A stretch of DNA of 55,054 nucleotides, counting the filler, from Sphacelaria rigidula (lineage: Eukaryota): assembly GCA_964200075.2 (NCBI GenBank). It is 6 parts of 6 records of this genome, joined end to end, with 100 filler letters (N's around TTAATTAATTAA, not from the genome) between each part and the next. Parts side by side here need not be neighbours in the genome. Positions count along the whole stretch, not along the records: positions 18,387 to 27,478 come from CAXNAA020009319.1; positions 27,579 to 36,670 come from CAXNAA020009320.1; positions 36,771 to 45,862 come from CAXNAA020009321.1; 3 more parts are not named here. The stretch is one strand, 5' to 3'. The notes under the pieces were generated by a model. The model had not been told where the DNA came from. It did not search any database and saw nothing but the letters and a program-made list of their open reading frames with translations. A program made the position numbers and the translations under genes. This document shows, piece by piece, positions 23,891-37,219 of this stretch (position 1 is the first letter of the stretch; each line of letters opens with the position of its first letter).

Positions 23891-26800
23891 GTGAGCCACT
23901 GCCGTTGGAAGTATATCAGATCCACGAGAATAATGGGGCGGTGCTACCTTTTACTTATATGCGCAGCTTTGTTTGCTGTAGTAATCATACTCGAGTGTTT
24001 GCCACGACGGCAGACAGTCGAGTCAGCACAGCACAGTGAGAAGATGTACCGCTCAGTGACGGGGTATAACACCCTCTTTCCTGGGTTGCAAGTTCAATGC
24101 ATCGGTTGTAGCGCAAACTACGGCGGGAACGCGTACGGGCACTTTGCCGAATGATGCCTATTTGTCCAGATATTTTGAGATGTTGCGATGCACCGATCGC
24201 TCTGGAGGGTAGCATCTTACTCCCGGAGAAAGAAGAGATCGCAAGTATGGTCACCCCCTGTCGGAGGTTGTACAGTATTCTGCGTCACTCACCGTGCCGG
24301 GGATTCAAGCTGCGATATCTAATTAGCCGAAGCGTCCACTCAACGAATCGACTGGGGGGGGCTGAAGAGCTTGCTGGCGTCTTTCAGTGGTTCTAAGTGC
24401 CAGAATAACGGTGTGTAATGCCCCCCCCTCCCCGGCTTCCTCTCCTCGAAACAAACCAGAGTGGTGAAACTGCACGACGGCGGCACAGTGATGAGCCGAC
24501 ACACCCGCGTCATCTGTTCTGCTGCCCTTGAATGAAATAAAATGGGTATCCGCCATAGTCCGGACCAATACAAGAAGCCACCTTACTGCGGATGCTGGCG
24601 CTGCACGCAAATGCCACCGGCAGCGCCATGTGACAGACAAGATTTTGTGTCTCAGAGTGCAAGCTGAGTACAATCTACCGAGCTTGGCATGCCGCCGTAC
24701 TTCATGATGCCATTTCCGCCTTCACCGTTTCAAGTTACCCAATATTCCACGAACCCCATCTCCGGTCGGTCGGACGGTAATGGTCCGTCTGATGATCACT
24801 TGTTTCGGTGTGTACTTTTAGTATGATTGACTCGTACTGTAAGAATCAATCCTTGCGCCGCGTTTTCAGCGTTGCACCCCAGTAGAGCTCGGTATTGGGT
24901 ATTGGGTCGAAAATATATTGCCCCCAATACGCGAAAGATATTTATATTTTTCAAGCGTACTTAGTGGGCCCTAGCTTAAATATATATTTTGCCAATCTTA
25001 CGCGAAAACGTATCCCCAAAATTACCCAACATATCCGCATATTCTCGCATAGATATTCCACGTATGATATATACTGCCCGAATATACTCAAAATACCCAA
25101 TATACCCAATATATGTGGGATACGCGGATATCACGTGATATGTCTTCTTAATTACTAGAATCAGCCATATTATGTCGTCTCCAGACTCCAGATCCTTGGC
25201 GCGCATGTAACAGTGGTGTCGCCGCACCACACCCGTGCACACAAAAATCAACTACTACACATCGCACACTACGCACTACACACCACACACCACACATGTG
25301 CGATGAGCAACTCCCGGTCGACACCCCCAGCCAACAGCACTGCATCTGGACAGCAAAGTAATGTCCTTTGTGGTGTGGAGAGTGGATATGACTGGATTTG
25401 CGACAATATGTTCGCAGCGTGTTGCCAGGTAGTGGGGGTTTAGACTTGTTAGTCGGGATGGCAGCACGGAGACAGTGGTAGGGTTGCAGGTAGACGCATG
25501 GATTTAAATCGTGGTTTGACAGGTTTCCCGGTTACCGTGAGAAAGACGACTACTTGGCGCGATAGGCGCCAGCAAATATAAAACAGGGAAAAAAAAACTG
25601 ACAAAACACTAACTACCGGCACTTGAAGGCGCGCGTCTTGTTCGTACTTGTTTGCTCTGCTTGTTAGCGTTTGAGCATTTGGGCGCGTCGTCCCTCTAGC
25701 GCTGTCGTGCCTGCCTCCGTGCAGTATGCCTGGCACGTGCGTAAGTGTATGCAGCTCACTGATTAGACACGTACCTCGTCACTCGCTACACAAAATAACA
25801 CAAGTATACCACACCCTTAGAGTAAATCGGTAATCTGGACGAATCGCCCCTATATCCAGAGACATCTGGAGGGATATCAGGTGCGATCTCGGATACGCAT
25901 AGAATAGTCCAAACATGCGGACATGATAACTCTTACGCGAGATTTGCAGATATATACGAGATGTTTTTACCCACTATATCTATATCCTATTGAGGGCATT
26001 TTCAGACCAAATACCGAACTCTACACTTCAGGTACGCGAACCCCGGGGACGCAAAATAGCGCGAAATTTGCGTAGATACTACTTGTTCGGTCCGCCGTCA
26101 TATTTTTTCTCTTTCGAGCAACGAGGCCTCAGCAATCGTTGATTTGATTATTCGAACCAGCAATGATTCGTCCGATCCTTGGACCGTATTTCTTTCAAGG
26201 ATCGGACAAATAATGATTCGTCTGTAAATAACTTGGTTTTTGTATGATTAGTCGACTCGTGACGAATCAATCCCTAGGCTTTATTTCAGCGTTGCATCCC
26301 AGGTGCCTGCAGCCCAGACACGTGGAATGGGGCAAAAGTTGCGTGGATACCCCTTGGACGAGCTGTAAAAAAAAAATTCCCTTCTGGGCAATCAGGTCAA
26401 AGAAATCGTGAATTTAGTGATTTTGAGTCGTGATGATTTGTCCTAACCGTGATTTCTTTGGATAACATGTTTCCTCGCACTTCCCGTTGGACTATCTATC
26501 GAGCGTTTGGACGTGAGTGTGGGCTGCGTATCATGTGTCCGTCGAAGTGCATGTTCGATGGTGATGTTCATGATATCCTCCAATCAACTTTTTGATGAAT
26601 GTACCAAAGATCTGATAGTCATGAAGGTCATATATCATGCAGTACATGTTTTCCTTTTTTTTTCTTCATTCAGCGGCGGTGCCGTGTGTCACCAGGCTAA
26701 TCTGCAGTTCACAGTGATATGCTTACATCGGGGTTATTCGGGAAACTGGGAAAGCTGTCGTGTGAGCAACTTTTAGCCGATTTTAGGCTGGCCCAGCTCG

Positions 26801-27177
26801 TACAGCAGTACTGACGCAAAGAGAGCCCACGCTCCTGTTGAACCGTTGAAGCCAATAAAAAATGAAACAAGCTTACCGAGCGAAGCGAACAACATGAAAA
26901 AAGACCAAAGACACCCACAACAAATAAAAATAAAACTTACATTTACCAAACTACGACTTTCATGCATCACTCTCTGTGCAGCTCTGCAAGTACACCACAA
27001 CAGTGATTTTGGGGGGCCCATGGAGTAAAAGTGCTACCCCCTTTGCTAATTGTATGTCTGCGGGGCACCTTGCTTCGCGAAAGAATGTCGTCTTTAAAAT
27101 GGGAGCGACTGTACTCCAAAGTGTTCTGTCTACATATGTGTCATACTCAAGTCAACATTTCAAGGTTGTGTTCTGTA

Positions 27178-27478
27178 AGGTACGGGTACGTTATGTAGGG
27201 TATGAGATGCCGTACAGAGTTTACAGAACTGTCGGGTACCGGTATGGAAGCCTTACAGAGTTTACAGAACTGTCGGGTACAGGGATGAAAGTCTTACAGA
27301 CTTTACAACACTTGTCGGGTACGGTACGGGAGGCTTACAGAAAAACGGTACCGGCAATCGGGTAACTCTTTTCGGGTATACCCGCCCCTCGGGTTCGGGT
27401 AAATGTTGTGTACAGAACTTACAGAACTGTCGGGTACCGGTATGAAAGTCTTACAGACTTTACAGAACTTGTCGGGTA
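27178..27478 (+). repeat. Repeat element with TTACAGAACTGTCGGGTAC sub-repeats
   Basis: Motif at ~27220, 27261, 27303, 27419 and 27459; relic copy at ~20438-20515; runs into the contig end. Confidence 0.8.
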
Positions 27479-27578
27479 NNNNNNNNNNNNNNNNNNNNNN
27501 NNNNNNNNNNNNNNNNNNNNNNTTAATTAATTAANNNNNNNNNNNNNNNNNNNNNNNNNNNNNNNNNNNNNNNNNNNN
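27479..27578. other. Artificial contig spacer
   Basis: 44N-TTAATTAATTAA-44N. Confidence 0.99.
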
Positions 27579-27862
27579 GTGCATATGTGTTATCCGCCCT
27601 CGACTCAGTGGGACCTACGGTTCATACAGCATAACTGCTTGCGCGTCATGGCGAGTCGACTCGTACAAATCTTGATTTGTCCTAACCGTGAAATGTACAG
27701 ATGCATGCAAGTTCTGCTACACATGCTCTTTAGAGCACATGTACTGGACGTATGGGCCCATTTACACCGTGTTACACCTACTGTACATTGCAATAAGAGT
27801 GTGCATCAAAATGCGCGTGCATAAATAAAAGAACCATCTGCATCTGATGACTGCGCTCTTAC

Positions 27863-28018
27863 ATTCATCTTGATAGCGCGGTAGATCAGAGGGGGAGACG
27901 CCTGTAACAGAATTGCTTCCGCTTCATCCGGACATCGCCGGTATAGCGCTAGCTCAGCATTGCGCCCTTCCTCACTCGATACCTTCTGAACATGCTGCAC
28001 AAACTCCAACTTGTCCAC
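27863..28018 (-). CDS. IFT80: Intraflagellar transport protein 80, exon
   Basis: cag|VDKLEFVQHVQKVSSEEGRNAELALYRRCPDEAEAILLQASPPLIYRAIKMN|gtaaga; matches the IFT80 C-terminal helical region. Confidence 0.9.
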
Positions 28019-28440
28019 CTGAGCACGCAGGCAAGGAGTTTACCCAGGGATTCGATACAACCCAGTGATGAAGGAAATTCCCGGGGAAGCTCAGGAAACA
28101 CAGTTTTGACAATTTATCGCACGCGATCGGTGCCACCACGCGCCGGGGGGCAGTTTTGCCCACGAATTCGTGATTACCGTTCCCTCTCCAATTAGCCTCC
28201 TCTTTTCATTCAGTAATATGATATTTGCCGCACTTTGAAGCCTTCCCCTTTATCGCGACGAGTCCATGGTCTCAAGGGATCAACCCATCTCTCTTCCGAT
28301 GCACGCCTTGCATTTCGGTCTCGCGCATTGGATCATGACCACTCCCGCACCGCGTCAACTATCGTCAAATAAACCCAGTCAACTACTTTTCGTTTACTCA
28401 TGTACAAACGCTTTCGACGGTGAAAATCAGAGTCTTCGAA

Positions 28441-28524
28441 GAAAAACCCGACATATTGGGAATCGAACCCACGGTCTCTCCACCCTAGTGGTAGACGGAA
28501 TATTTGAATTCACACCACCGGGGC
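28441..28524 (-). mobile_element. Possible tRNA-derived SINE relic
   Basis: Minus strand has an A-box-like GGTGGTGTGAA, a B-box GGTTCGATTCC and a following T-run; no full cloverleaf. Confidence 0.35.
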
Positions 28525-29876
28525 GCCGCGGGTGTCTCCCGACGCACGTTAGCGTGCCTGAGTTTGAAGTTTATAGTTGGATTGTGGAGTTTAGGTTGAA
28601 TAATATCAGACAAGAAAGGTACTTTTGCCCAGAAGTACCGTAGGTTCACCCTTGGACTGTACATGCTTTGGGATCTTCACTGCAAGAGATTATTCGTGAA
28701 TCTAAATCAAGAAAAAACGTCCATACTGGCATCGCCTGAGGGCAGGTGGAAATGAACGCATTGCAGCCGAACGGCTTATACCCCTGACGACACAATCAAG
28801 TCAACAGCCAGGACAAAACGATAAGATTCGGGTAATTAGGTTCGATGAGGCGCAAACAGACGGCGAATCGGACATGCAACCAAAACATGTGAACAAAGAA
28901 CGGAGGCGTTAGCTTATTTGACGCTGCTGACTTCATCGCGCATTTCTCTTCTACTGGAGAGACCACTTCTCACGAGACAACGATTGAAAACGAACCGAAA
29001 GTGCATGTTTTGACCCGTGCCGGCGTTTATCGCGCGAAAAGGCGGCCAGGCAAAATTTGACTGCAATTTTGCAAATCGAGAAGGTCTGTACGATTCTGCA
29101 CGTCTTCTCTTCTTCAACTCAAAGTCAAACTTCGCGCACCGAACATCGTTGAAATATGCCGATTTTCTCTCAAACAGCAGACATTTGGAGTAGACATTAT
29201 CCGCCTGGCCATCTTCTGACGTGGAAACATGTACAGAAGGACCAAAACATGCGCCTTTCATCGGTGTGTACTTCCGATCCCATAACAGGTGGTCAAACGA
29301 GAGGGTTCTGAAAAACGTTGGAACAACAAAGCCCCAGATTTGATGAGCGCTGAGTACGAATGAGCACCAGGTACAAGAGCTCTTGTGGGACTACATCCTT
29401 AAAGGAAGTACCAAAAGGCGCGCTATGCACGTGAATGTGACAACCCTACGCGCTGCTGTGTGTTTAGCGTCTGTTCACATCCCTCCGTAATAGCTAGCTG
29501 GTCTGCATTGTAACTCACGGAAGAGAACCACAATCCAGCTGTTTCCAGTAATCTAAACGCCGTGCCGCTATAAACACTGTGTCCATTTCAATATGAACAC
29601 TCTCAATAATTTAAAGGAGGAGACTTCTTCACGAAACCCAAGTCGCAAAACCTACCTCAGAATGACTGATATGTACTTTGCGGTCAAAAGGGGTCCAACA
29701 TGCTATCCAGGGCACGTCCGATCACACGTGGAGAGACTGATTTTCGGACGACGACAAAATGTCACTCTATTCCGCTGTTTGAAATATGAAACGGATGATG
29801 ACGAAGTGGGCGCGATTCGGTCCGGACCGGAAAACCCCAGATTCCACTACCCTTTTGAATCCTGCGCTGCCATCAC

Positions 29877-29976
29877 CTCCTGCACGGCAGCCAAAGCTTC
29901 CTCCGCTATCGGAAGATTTTTCCCGTGAAGAGCCATACAAGCCATGCACGCCCACAGTTCCATGTTTTTCACCAGC
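29877..29976 (-). CDS. IFT80: Intraflagellar transport protein 80, exon
   Basis: cag|(R)LVKNMELWACMACMALHGKNLPIAEEALAAVQE|gtgatg; phase 2-0, joins both neighbours; not in the ORF track. Confidence 0.9.
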
Positions 29977-30543
29977 CTGGCGCATCACCACCAATTGACC
30001 AACAAGTTCGTTCGTGTGTATGGATATGTGCTTGCGACATGTTAACTCCTAGAACACTGAGGGTTTACATCTGTTGAATCTGCATGATGATACTTGCACT
30101 ATAGAACAACTGCCGCAGATATTCATCTACATATATGAGGCATTCAAGCAGTGAAACATGCACCACGCGTGCCCCGAAGCATGTCGACACAGGAGCTGGC
30201 TCCAGCGGCAGGTAAAACAACATTCTCCGCGACGCTTAGCACGAACAGCAGGTACACGTGTTACAAAAAGCTACGTTCTCTACAGCCGTACGTACAACCA
30301 CACCGGAGTGCACCGCCCCCTCTGAGTGGTCATGCGGGCACACCTAATGCGGCCTCCTGGCGTTAGCTCGGAGGGAAATTGGTCACACAAATCAAGATCA
30401 GTGAGTCATGCGTTTGTCGTCAACCTTGGTAGGCACGTTCCTTATACCGTCAGTAACGCATGTTCTGCGGACTTATATCTCAGGTTTTGAGTGGCCAGAC
30501 GTGGAATTTTACACAGGCAGCACATCGACAGCTCGAGAACCTA

Positions 30544-30860
30544 TTACTTTGTGTACCCTGATGGTATTGCCACCTTTTGATGACCTAAACCGCTTACTAA
30601 TGACCCGGATCCATCCGCCCGAACAATCACCCCGGACCTGTCAATCTTGGGACGGTGATCCTTCAATCCCCCGTCTGGGCTATGGCAATCCTTCCCACCC
30701 TGGGTTGCGGTTACTCCACATTCCTCCCGACATCCCATTCTTCGCCCCAAGCCCTGCTTCTGCAAGAACTCGATGCAAGTCGACGTCTCGTGCCCACACG
30801 CTCCGCAGATCCTACACCGAGGGAGAAGCTGTTACCCATACACTATTCGTCCTAGGTGAG
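30544..30860 (-). mobile_element. Degenerate retroelement gag relic with CCHC zinc knuckle
   Basis: Minus frame reads LPRCRICGACGHETSTC (C-x2-C-x4-H-x4-C, 30816-30775), preceded by an in-frame stop. Confidence 0.5.
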
Positions 30861-31759
30861 ATAGGTCGTACCCACCGCTCACGGGTGCTGCCTATATTTA
30901 TATGTACATTTTTTCAAAGGAGGAAACATACGTGTGTTCCTAAAACCCAGCCAAATGGCCAGATCGCTTCAAAACCAACAACTCCGCCTCCTCCCATTTT
31001 CAGGGCTTACATCTCAAAGACACGGGTTGGTTTATTTTGCTAGGGCCAGGGTTGATCCTGAATGGTGTCGAAACTCTCCACAGGGATCTATCTATATTTC
31101 TTTCGACTGACTTGTTCACGCGCAAAATTGGTAGCTGACGGGCATTCCACCTTGTCCCTCCCGATGCTCACACTTACCATGTATGATTCAGTGGAGAAAC
31201 GCTGACCTTCTATGCAAGTCGACGTCAGGTATCTCTCCGTTTCGTGAAAAAAAACTCAAGCTACGCGTAGCTGTCAACACGTATACCTACAGTCATACCC
31301 CAAAAGTAGTCAACGTGTGGAACGGATGCGCCCTTCATAGCGACCAGCGTCTTGATTCGTGAACTTCCACGAGAAGAATTACGCGGGGAGCGAAAACAGA
31401 CGACTGTGAAAAATTCTTTGCGCTGACGCCGGGTGTCATGCATGCTGTCTTGCTTCGACATCGTAATCTATGAGTGGCTGACCATCAGAACCGACATGAC
31501 AGTGCCAACGCTTCACAAGCTCAGAAATCATCAGTGAAAACAAAGATTTACGATGTCAAGACGTCCTGTACTGTAGTTGGTATCGCGATGAACAGAGGAT
31601 TCGGACTCAATAAGCAAGCTTGTCGAACTGTGGATACACGGGCCTCCTCCGTCAACAAGAACAAAACAAAAAAAAAGGCTACAAAAACACAAAGCAGGGT
31701 TTCGGTGGGAGCATTGAGCCAACATACATTAGAAAATAACCCTGAAAAATTACACCTAC

Positions 31760-31908
31760 CTGCACAGACGAATGGCCTCTTCCCAGCGTTGGCTCCTCAC
31801 GGAGGCGTACAGTATAGCGGGGTACGGGGCTACAGCGGCACTCAGTAGCGCACCATCCGCCCTCCTGACCATCACTTTCCCACCATAAAATGACACGATT
31901 CGTGGAGA
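31760..31908 (-). CDS. IFT80: Intraflagellar transport protein 80, exon
   Basis: cag|SPRIVSFYGGKVMVRRADGALLSAAVAPYPAILYASVRSQRWEEAIRLCR|gtaggt; IFT80 RRADG...PYP...W..A.RLCR pattern; phase 0-2. Confidence 0.92.
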
Positions 31909-32567
31909 CTGAAGAGGCGGGATCAATTGGTTTTGCGAGCACGAAACAAGATTCAGTTATTGAGACAATCAGTGGTGATGCGGTTTAATCTTCAGTTCGG
32001 ACACGCTGCCGCGCGAGCGAAGTCAGACATTTTTTGCACAGATATGTAATGTTGAGACCATCCTTTTTCAAGCGTGGGGAAGAGTGGGATGTCATTTCGG
32101 AATATTTCCAAGGCGCGCGGGACGTGCGGGCGTAGCTCGTCGACGTTGGCTTCTCCTATGCTACTGTAACGTTCATATTTTTGTTCATGGCTTTGTCACA
32201 AAAGTTGGAGGACTTTTCGCGCCGACAAAAATATACGGAGCTAAAGTAGTTGCAACACCGACAGATAAGGGCAGCATATTCGGCAGCAAGCTGAGCTTTA
32301 GCCATCAGTACGTCAGGGTCTGAAATAATCATGCAAACTATTTTGTGTTTAAGTAGCAGCTGATAGTTTATACATCACATTACACAAAAACTTGTTTACA
32401 TAGCAAAACTCAGTAGCAATAGCAAGAAGTATTCCTAGAGATGCGCGGAATAACGGTAACGAATCTTACAGGTCTAGCCTTTCTTGAGAGACGCGCACTA
32501 AAATGGTGTAAACGATCAATTTCTGAAATTGAGATGATAGTGGAGGACGACGGTCAACGGTGCCTAC

Positions 32568-32720
32568 CTTGCCAAACTCCGGCGCATCACGAGAGGTGGA
32601 CGCCAGCGCCAGAAGATCCCTGTCGATAGACACGGCGTTGGGGTAGTACCAAGTAACCAGTCTACCGTCCGCGATCGCCATCAGTACGTCACTTCGATCG
32701 TTCCACGCCGCAGTCTCCAC
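32568..32720 (-). CDS. IFT80: Intraflagellar transport protein 80, exon
   Basis: aag|VETAAWNDRSDVLMAIADGRLVTWYYPNAVSIDRDLLALASTSRDAPEFGK|gtaggc; IFT80 WND...WYYPN..D.DLL motif. Confidence 0.92.
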
Positions 32721-33441
32721 CTTTCAACGCCAATATCATCCCAGTAGATAGTTTTAGTCTGGCAAATCTTGAGCATTTGCGGAGGGAAAAGGAATGGGGG
32801 GAATCATGGACAAACTAGCAACGCTACGAAGCTCCTCGTCCTCAGTCTTTTCAGAGGTGTATTTTTGCACAAGTAGAAAAGACTGGTGGGGCAGTCCTAG
32901 CCCTTGCGTTTACCCTAACCCTACACAGAATAAGTACGACTTCAAGGAAACACGACTGCTACCCATTTGTAACGAATATCCTTTAGGGCGGGTAAGCAGT
33001 GGAAGTAGCACACTCGAGAAGAACGTGTTTCATTATTGGGAATGATTACGACCAAGACATTGAGGTTCTCCTGTGAATACATTTACACGCATGTGTTTGC
33101 CCGGGCTGGAGTCGCCGGAGTCCTCTCAAGCGTTCGCATTCACGATCTGTATTATGTTTCTTCTACATTTGTAGAAAAAAATGGTCATCAGACGGTACCA
33201 ACCTGCCCCTGGAACAGATTTATTTATTTGAGGAACTCCTTGGCCAAAATGTGTAATACATACCAGCTAAACCGTGTTTGAAAACCTTCTTGATGACTGC
33301 CTATGAACGTGCCTGGCCATGTTCCGTGTGGGCTGGAATGGATCAGCGTCAATTTTTCATGAGATTCACAGCGTCAGTTCACCTGTCCGTGCGGCCAGAG
33401 GGCCAGCAAGAGAACCCTCTCGGCGCGACACGTGTGACACC

Positions 33442-33777
33442 TTCTACGATAGCCCCCCCCCCCCAAAAAAAAAAGTGGCTGGTTTGGGGAGGCAAAATCT
33501 ACACGTGAGTCGAAATGAAAGAGGCCGAGCATAATAAGCAACTGGAAATTCCCACGCTTGGCTTCGTTTCCGCCAATGTCGACCATATGAGACGCTCCAT
33601 GCAGCCTGAAATCAAACATCAGGTGCTGAATGACCAATTCCTTCGTGACAGTTTTGAGCTGGTTTTGAGGGTGGGGGGCGTACTCATTTGTTGCTTGCCT
33701 GAGCAATGTGACCATTGACCACGCATCCCTTTCGAGGCGGAGCACGGAGCTGGTTTGGGGGGGGGGCTATCGTAGAA
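33442..33777. mobile_element. MITE with TTCTACGATAG(C)nAAA terminal inverted repeats
   Basis: TTCTACGATAGCCCC..AAA at 33442 and TTTGGGG..GCTATCGTAGAA ending at 33777; carries the shared 66-bp module. Confidence 0.7.
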
Positions 33778-34997
33778 AGACTCGTGTCGTTCAGTCAAAC
33801 GCCATGCAATATCCGTCGCAGAGCTTGATTAATTATCATCATACAGTATTTGACCACCAAAATGCGCCGCTATTTGCGTATCAATTCGTTTTATCAAGGC
33901 AGCGTCTGTTTATTGTTTTGTATCCTTCCCTAGCGGGACGTGTTATTTAAAGAGGGTTGGGGGAGCTCCATATTGGCGCTGTGACAGCCACATATGCTGT
34001 CTGACTTTAACCCTTTTGGAACCCGTTGACGATTTTTGTTTTTGTGAATCGGCATCATTTTCAGTCATTTTCAAGTCAAAATGATGCCGATTCACAAAAA
34101 TAAAAATCGTCGATGGGTTCCAAAAAGGGTTCATAACCCAGTGATCCAGTGCCGCTTGGTAGAATTGGACGTACAACATGGAAACGTGTAGGTGTTATTA
34201 TTGCCCATCTGTTGAATTATTCAAGGAAACGTCGCATGGGACAAGCTTGCAGGATGCTTACCATCGAATGCGTCATTTACAAAACCTACACCCATAGCCA
34301 CAACGATTCGGTTCGCCTCCTGCGCACTGTGGTGTGTTGAAGATGTGTCGGCAGCGCCAATCAACATCGAAGACCCAGTTACAGCAGTCGAGGGTCACGT
34401 CATTTCTTTTAAGGACAAGAATTGAATTAGGATAAAAACTCGATCGCCCTCAGCTGGAGTGTGAATTTCTCTATTTCTACCCAAGAGAGTACGTGGCTTC
34501 CGATATTCTGTATCCTGGCGTTTTCCAGCTTTGTTGACATCAACGCCCTCTGAACGGTGTGTATTGATGATTCAGCCAGTCGGATCAGGACGCAAAAACA
34601 CGAGTATATTCCCCAACTAACACGAACGATCAGGACAGCGGAGTCCTCGGACTCAAAAAGCGTGCCTCTTTACACACGCTGTGTCTCGGTTTTGTCGGAG
34701 AGCTTTCAAGCAAGGCTTTTTACGTGACCGGCATTACACCTGCCTCTTGCACGTGTCCATATTTCTGAACAGGTGCAAATGACCATGTGACAGATTGCTT
34801 GGATCATACCCGCAAAAGCGTGTCCTTGAGTGCGCGCAATCACGGGATACGCCCTCCTTGTTGAGATAAAGAATGGCAGTGGCCATGAGACACCAACGGC
34901 TCGAAGGACCAACCCTCAAAACGTTTTAGTGCTTCGTGCAGGTCTAGAAGAGTCAAGCAAAGACATCCACCCGTCCGCTCTCGCGTGTTCGTCTCAC

Positions 34998-35138
34998 CTG
35001 CGTGTGCACCTTGTACTTCGGACGGGTGACCCCTTTGCCCTTGCTGGGAAGGACAGGGCAGAGCCACAGCGCCTTGTTGCGGTCAATAAACGCAAGTCTT
35101 CGCTCACTCAGCCCTTTCGAAAACTGGCTGAGAAACAC
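34998..35138 (-). CDS. IFT80: Intraflagellar transport protein 80, exon (5' boundary 35138 or 35144)
   Basis: VFLSQFSKGLSERRLAFIDRNKALWLCPV...YKVHTQ|gtgaga; IFT80 ER.LAFID.N motif; phase 0 into the next exon. Confidence 0.85.
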
Positions 35139-35603
35139 CTCATCCTTTTTTAGTGTTGTTCAGGATGATGAACGAAATCGCACGAAGAAAAACAGAAGCA
35201 GGAATCGGCTTGATATGCATGTACACGAACAAACGCCTGAGAAGGATAGGGTTTTGTCAACGTCTGCAATTGCTGTCGGGATTTGTGAGCGTAATAGCAA
35301 GAGGAATATCACCAACAAACCCGATCCCATTTTTGAAAAGTGTCTTTGAAGACCCGCGCTTCCAGCTGATTTGCAAATGCCATGTACATAGAGGTGTATA
35401 TACTTTCGGTACAAATCAACATGAGAATCTCAATAGTACGTGTCCTTGAGCCAGTTGCCACATCCTACTCGCCGAAAATGCAATTGATGTTTGTATATTC
35501 CGTGCAAATCAACATAAACATCCAACAAAACAACCCAATTATCACCTGGTAACACAGAATTGCCAGATAGTATGCAAGGCATTGTCATTTGATACGCGGG
35601 GGG

Positions 35604-35936
35604 GATGCTACGATGGGGGGGGGGGGGAGGGGTACTCATTTGTTGCTTGCCTTAGTCATTTGACCATTGACCACGCATCCCTTTCGAGACGGAGCACTAC
35701 GATGGGGGGGGGGGGGGATTTCGGGTCATTTTTTCCACGAAACTTGACCTCAAATGGTCGTTGAAAGCAGCAACATTTTTTCAGACGCGCTTGTTACCAG
35801 TACGACACACTCATTCATCCCATTTGATACCGTTTTTTACCCACATACAAACGCACCGTAAGTAGTTAGGTCGTCTGTTACACCTGTGAGTCCCCGTTTC
35901 TATGGAATCAAACACCCCTCCCCCTATCGTAGCATC
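35604..35936. mobile_element. MITE-like element with GATGCTACGAT/ATCGTAGCATC termini
   Basis: Inverted ends at 35604 and 35926-35936 with internal G/C runs; carries the shared 66-bp module. Confidence 0.6.
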
Positions 35937-36670
35937 ACCCGCAGGTAATCGTCCATGCACTGGGTTATGACGAATGTTGAACGCGAACATTTTCAGCTCG
36001 CGAGTTTACTCTTACGGCAAAATTTTCGAGCAAGCTCCTTCTCAACAACAAGGCGCCGCGTACGTAAAATCGGGATAAAACCAACTCGACATTTTTGGTA
36101 TGTTCTCTTCACTCTCTGTCTAGGCTAAAATACTGGGTATGTTCATATTTAACGAACCTTCACGGGGATGTGGGATGGCGAAAATTAAAATGAACGACAC
36201 ACATATGTGGTCTTGAGGTGTTCCCTGGCTGTGCGTTTGTACCTGCTCTACCATACTGCGTCCTTGGGCTGCATCACTTCCGTACACTTCCGTAGTCTCT
36301 TTCACTTGCATTTTCTCATTCAATGTGTGTGCTATTCCCTCCCGGTGTATGCAAGTCGCAGTGTGGTGTCCCGCTTACGTAGGGTTCCTGGGTGAGAGCT
36401 CATATCCAAAACAAAGTTGTATGACCGCTGCGCCGCAATATGTTCCCACGGCTTTTTTTGCGTTCGCTTGTGTACGAGTGCATGTGCTTTTGCCCGAGAG
36501 TTTTTCCACTTGAAGCCGCGTGACAGAGGCTGGCCATTTCTGATTTCTTTTTCTAGTCTTTGTTCTGTATTTTTGCTTGGTTGTTTGGGGGGGGGGGGGG
36601 GGTGGGGGGGGGTATTTTTTTTTTTTTTGCTTTCTTCCCTTTCCTTGAGTGGAAAGGCGGCGGGGGGGGG

Positions 36671-36770
36671 NNNNNNNNNNNNNNNNNNNNNNNNNNNNNN
36701 NNNNNNNNNNNNNNTTAATTAATTAANNNNNNNNNNNNNNNNNNNNNNNNNNNNNNNNNNNNNNNNNNNN
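36671..36770. other. Artificial contig spacer
   Basis: 44N-TTAATTAATTAA-44N. Confidence 0.99.
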
Positions 36771-37064
36771 TATACTTCCCAAGTCCAACACTACCTGGGG
36801 GGGGGGGGGGCACTCCCACCTTGGTGCCTCTCCATACATTCGTCGGACGTGTCTACTCTCGGGTGGGCATGTCTGACGGATGGAGCGACTCGAAGCGCTG
36901 CACGAAACTACAAATAGCGAAGTGCATGGTTTAAGGTTCCTTCCTGTTCTCTGGGGACAAAAACAAAATATGTATATATAGAGAGAGAAGGAGAGAAATA
37001 CAAACTTCATTTTTTGGAGTATGATGGGTGGGGCAGTGTTTGTCCGTGGATGAGCGGACGGGTC

Positions 37065-37154
37065 TGTGGTGGTTTAAGAGACAACCAACTAGACTACTGA
37101 CCAGTCAGCGCTGACTCGTCAGTAGTCTAGTTGGTAGTCTCTTAAGCCGTCACA
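37065..37154. repeat. Near-perfect 90-bp palindrome (fold-back copy 1)
   Basis: TTAAGAGAC.ACCAACTAGACTACTGAC / GTCAGTAGTCTAGTTGGT.GTCTCTTAA centred on AGTCAGCGCTGACT. Confidence 0.9.
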
Positions 37155-37219
37155 AAAGTTAGTCGCTGGCTCGATTCCCGTCGGACGCACTTTATTTGAA
37201 GAAAAAAGAGGAGAGAAAA

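Noticed and set aside
28441..28524. Functional tRNA gene
   Set aside because: B-box present but no convincing acceptor, D or anticodon stems; kept only as a low-confidence SINE relic.
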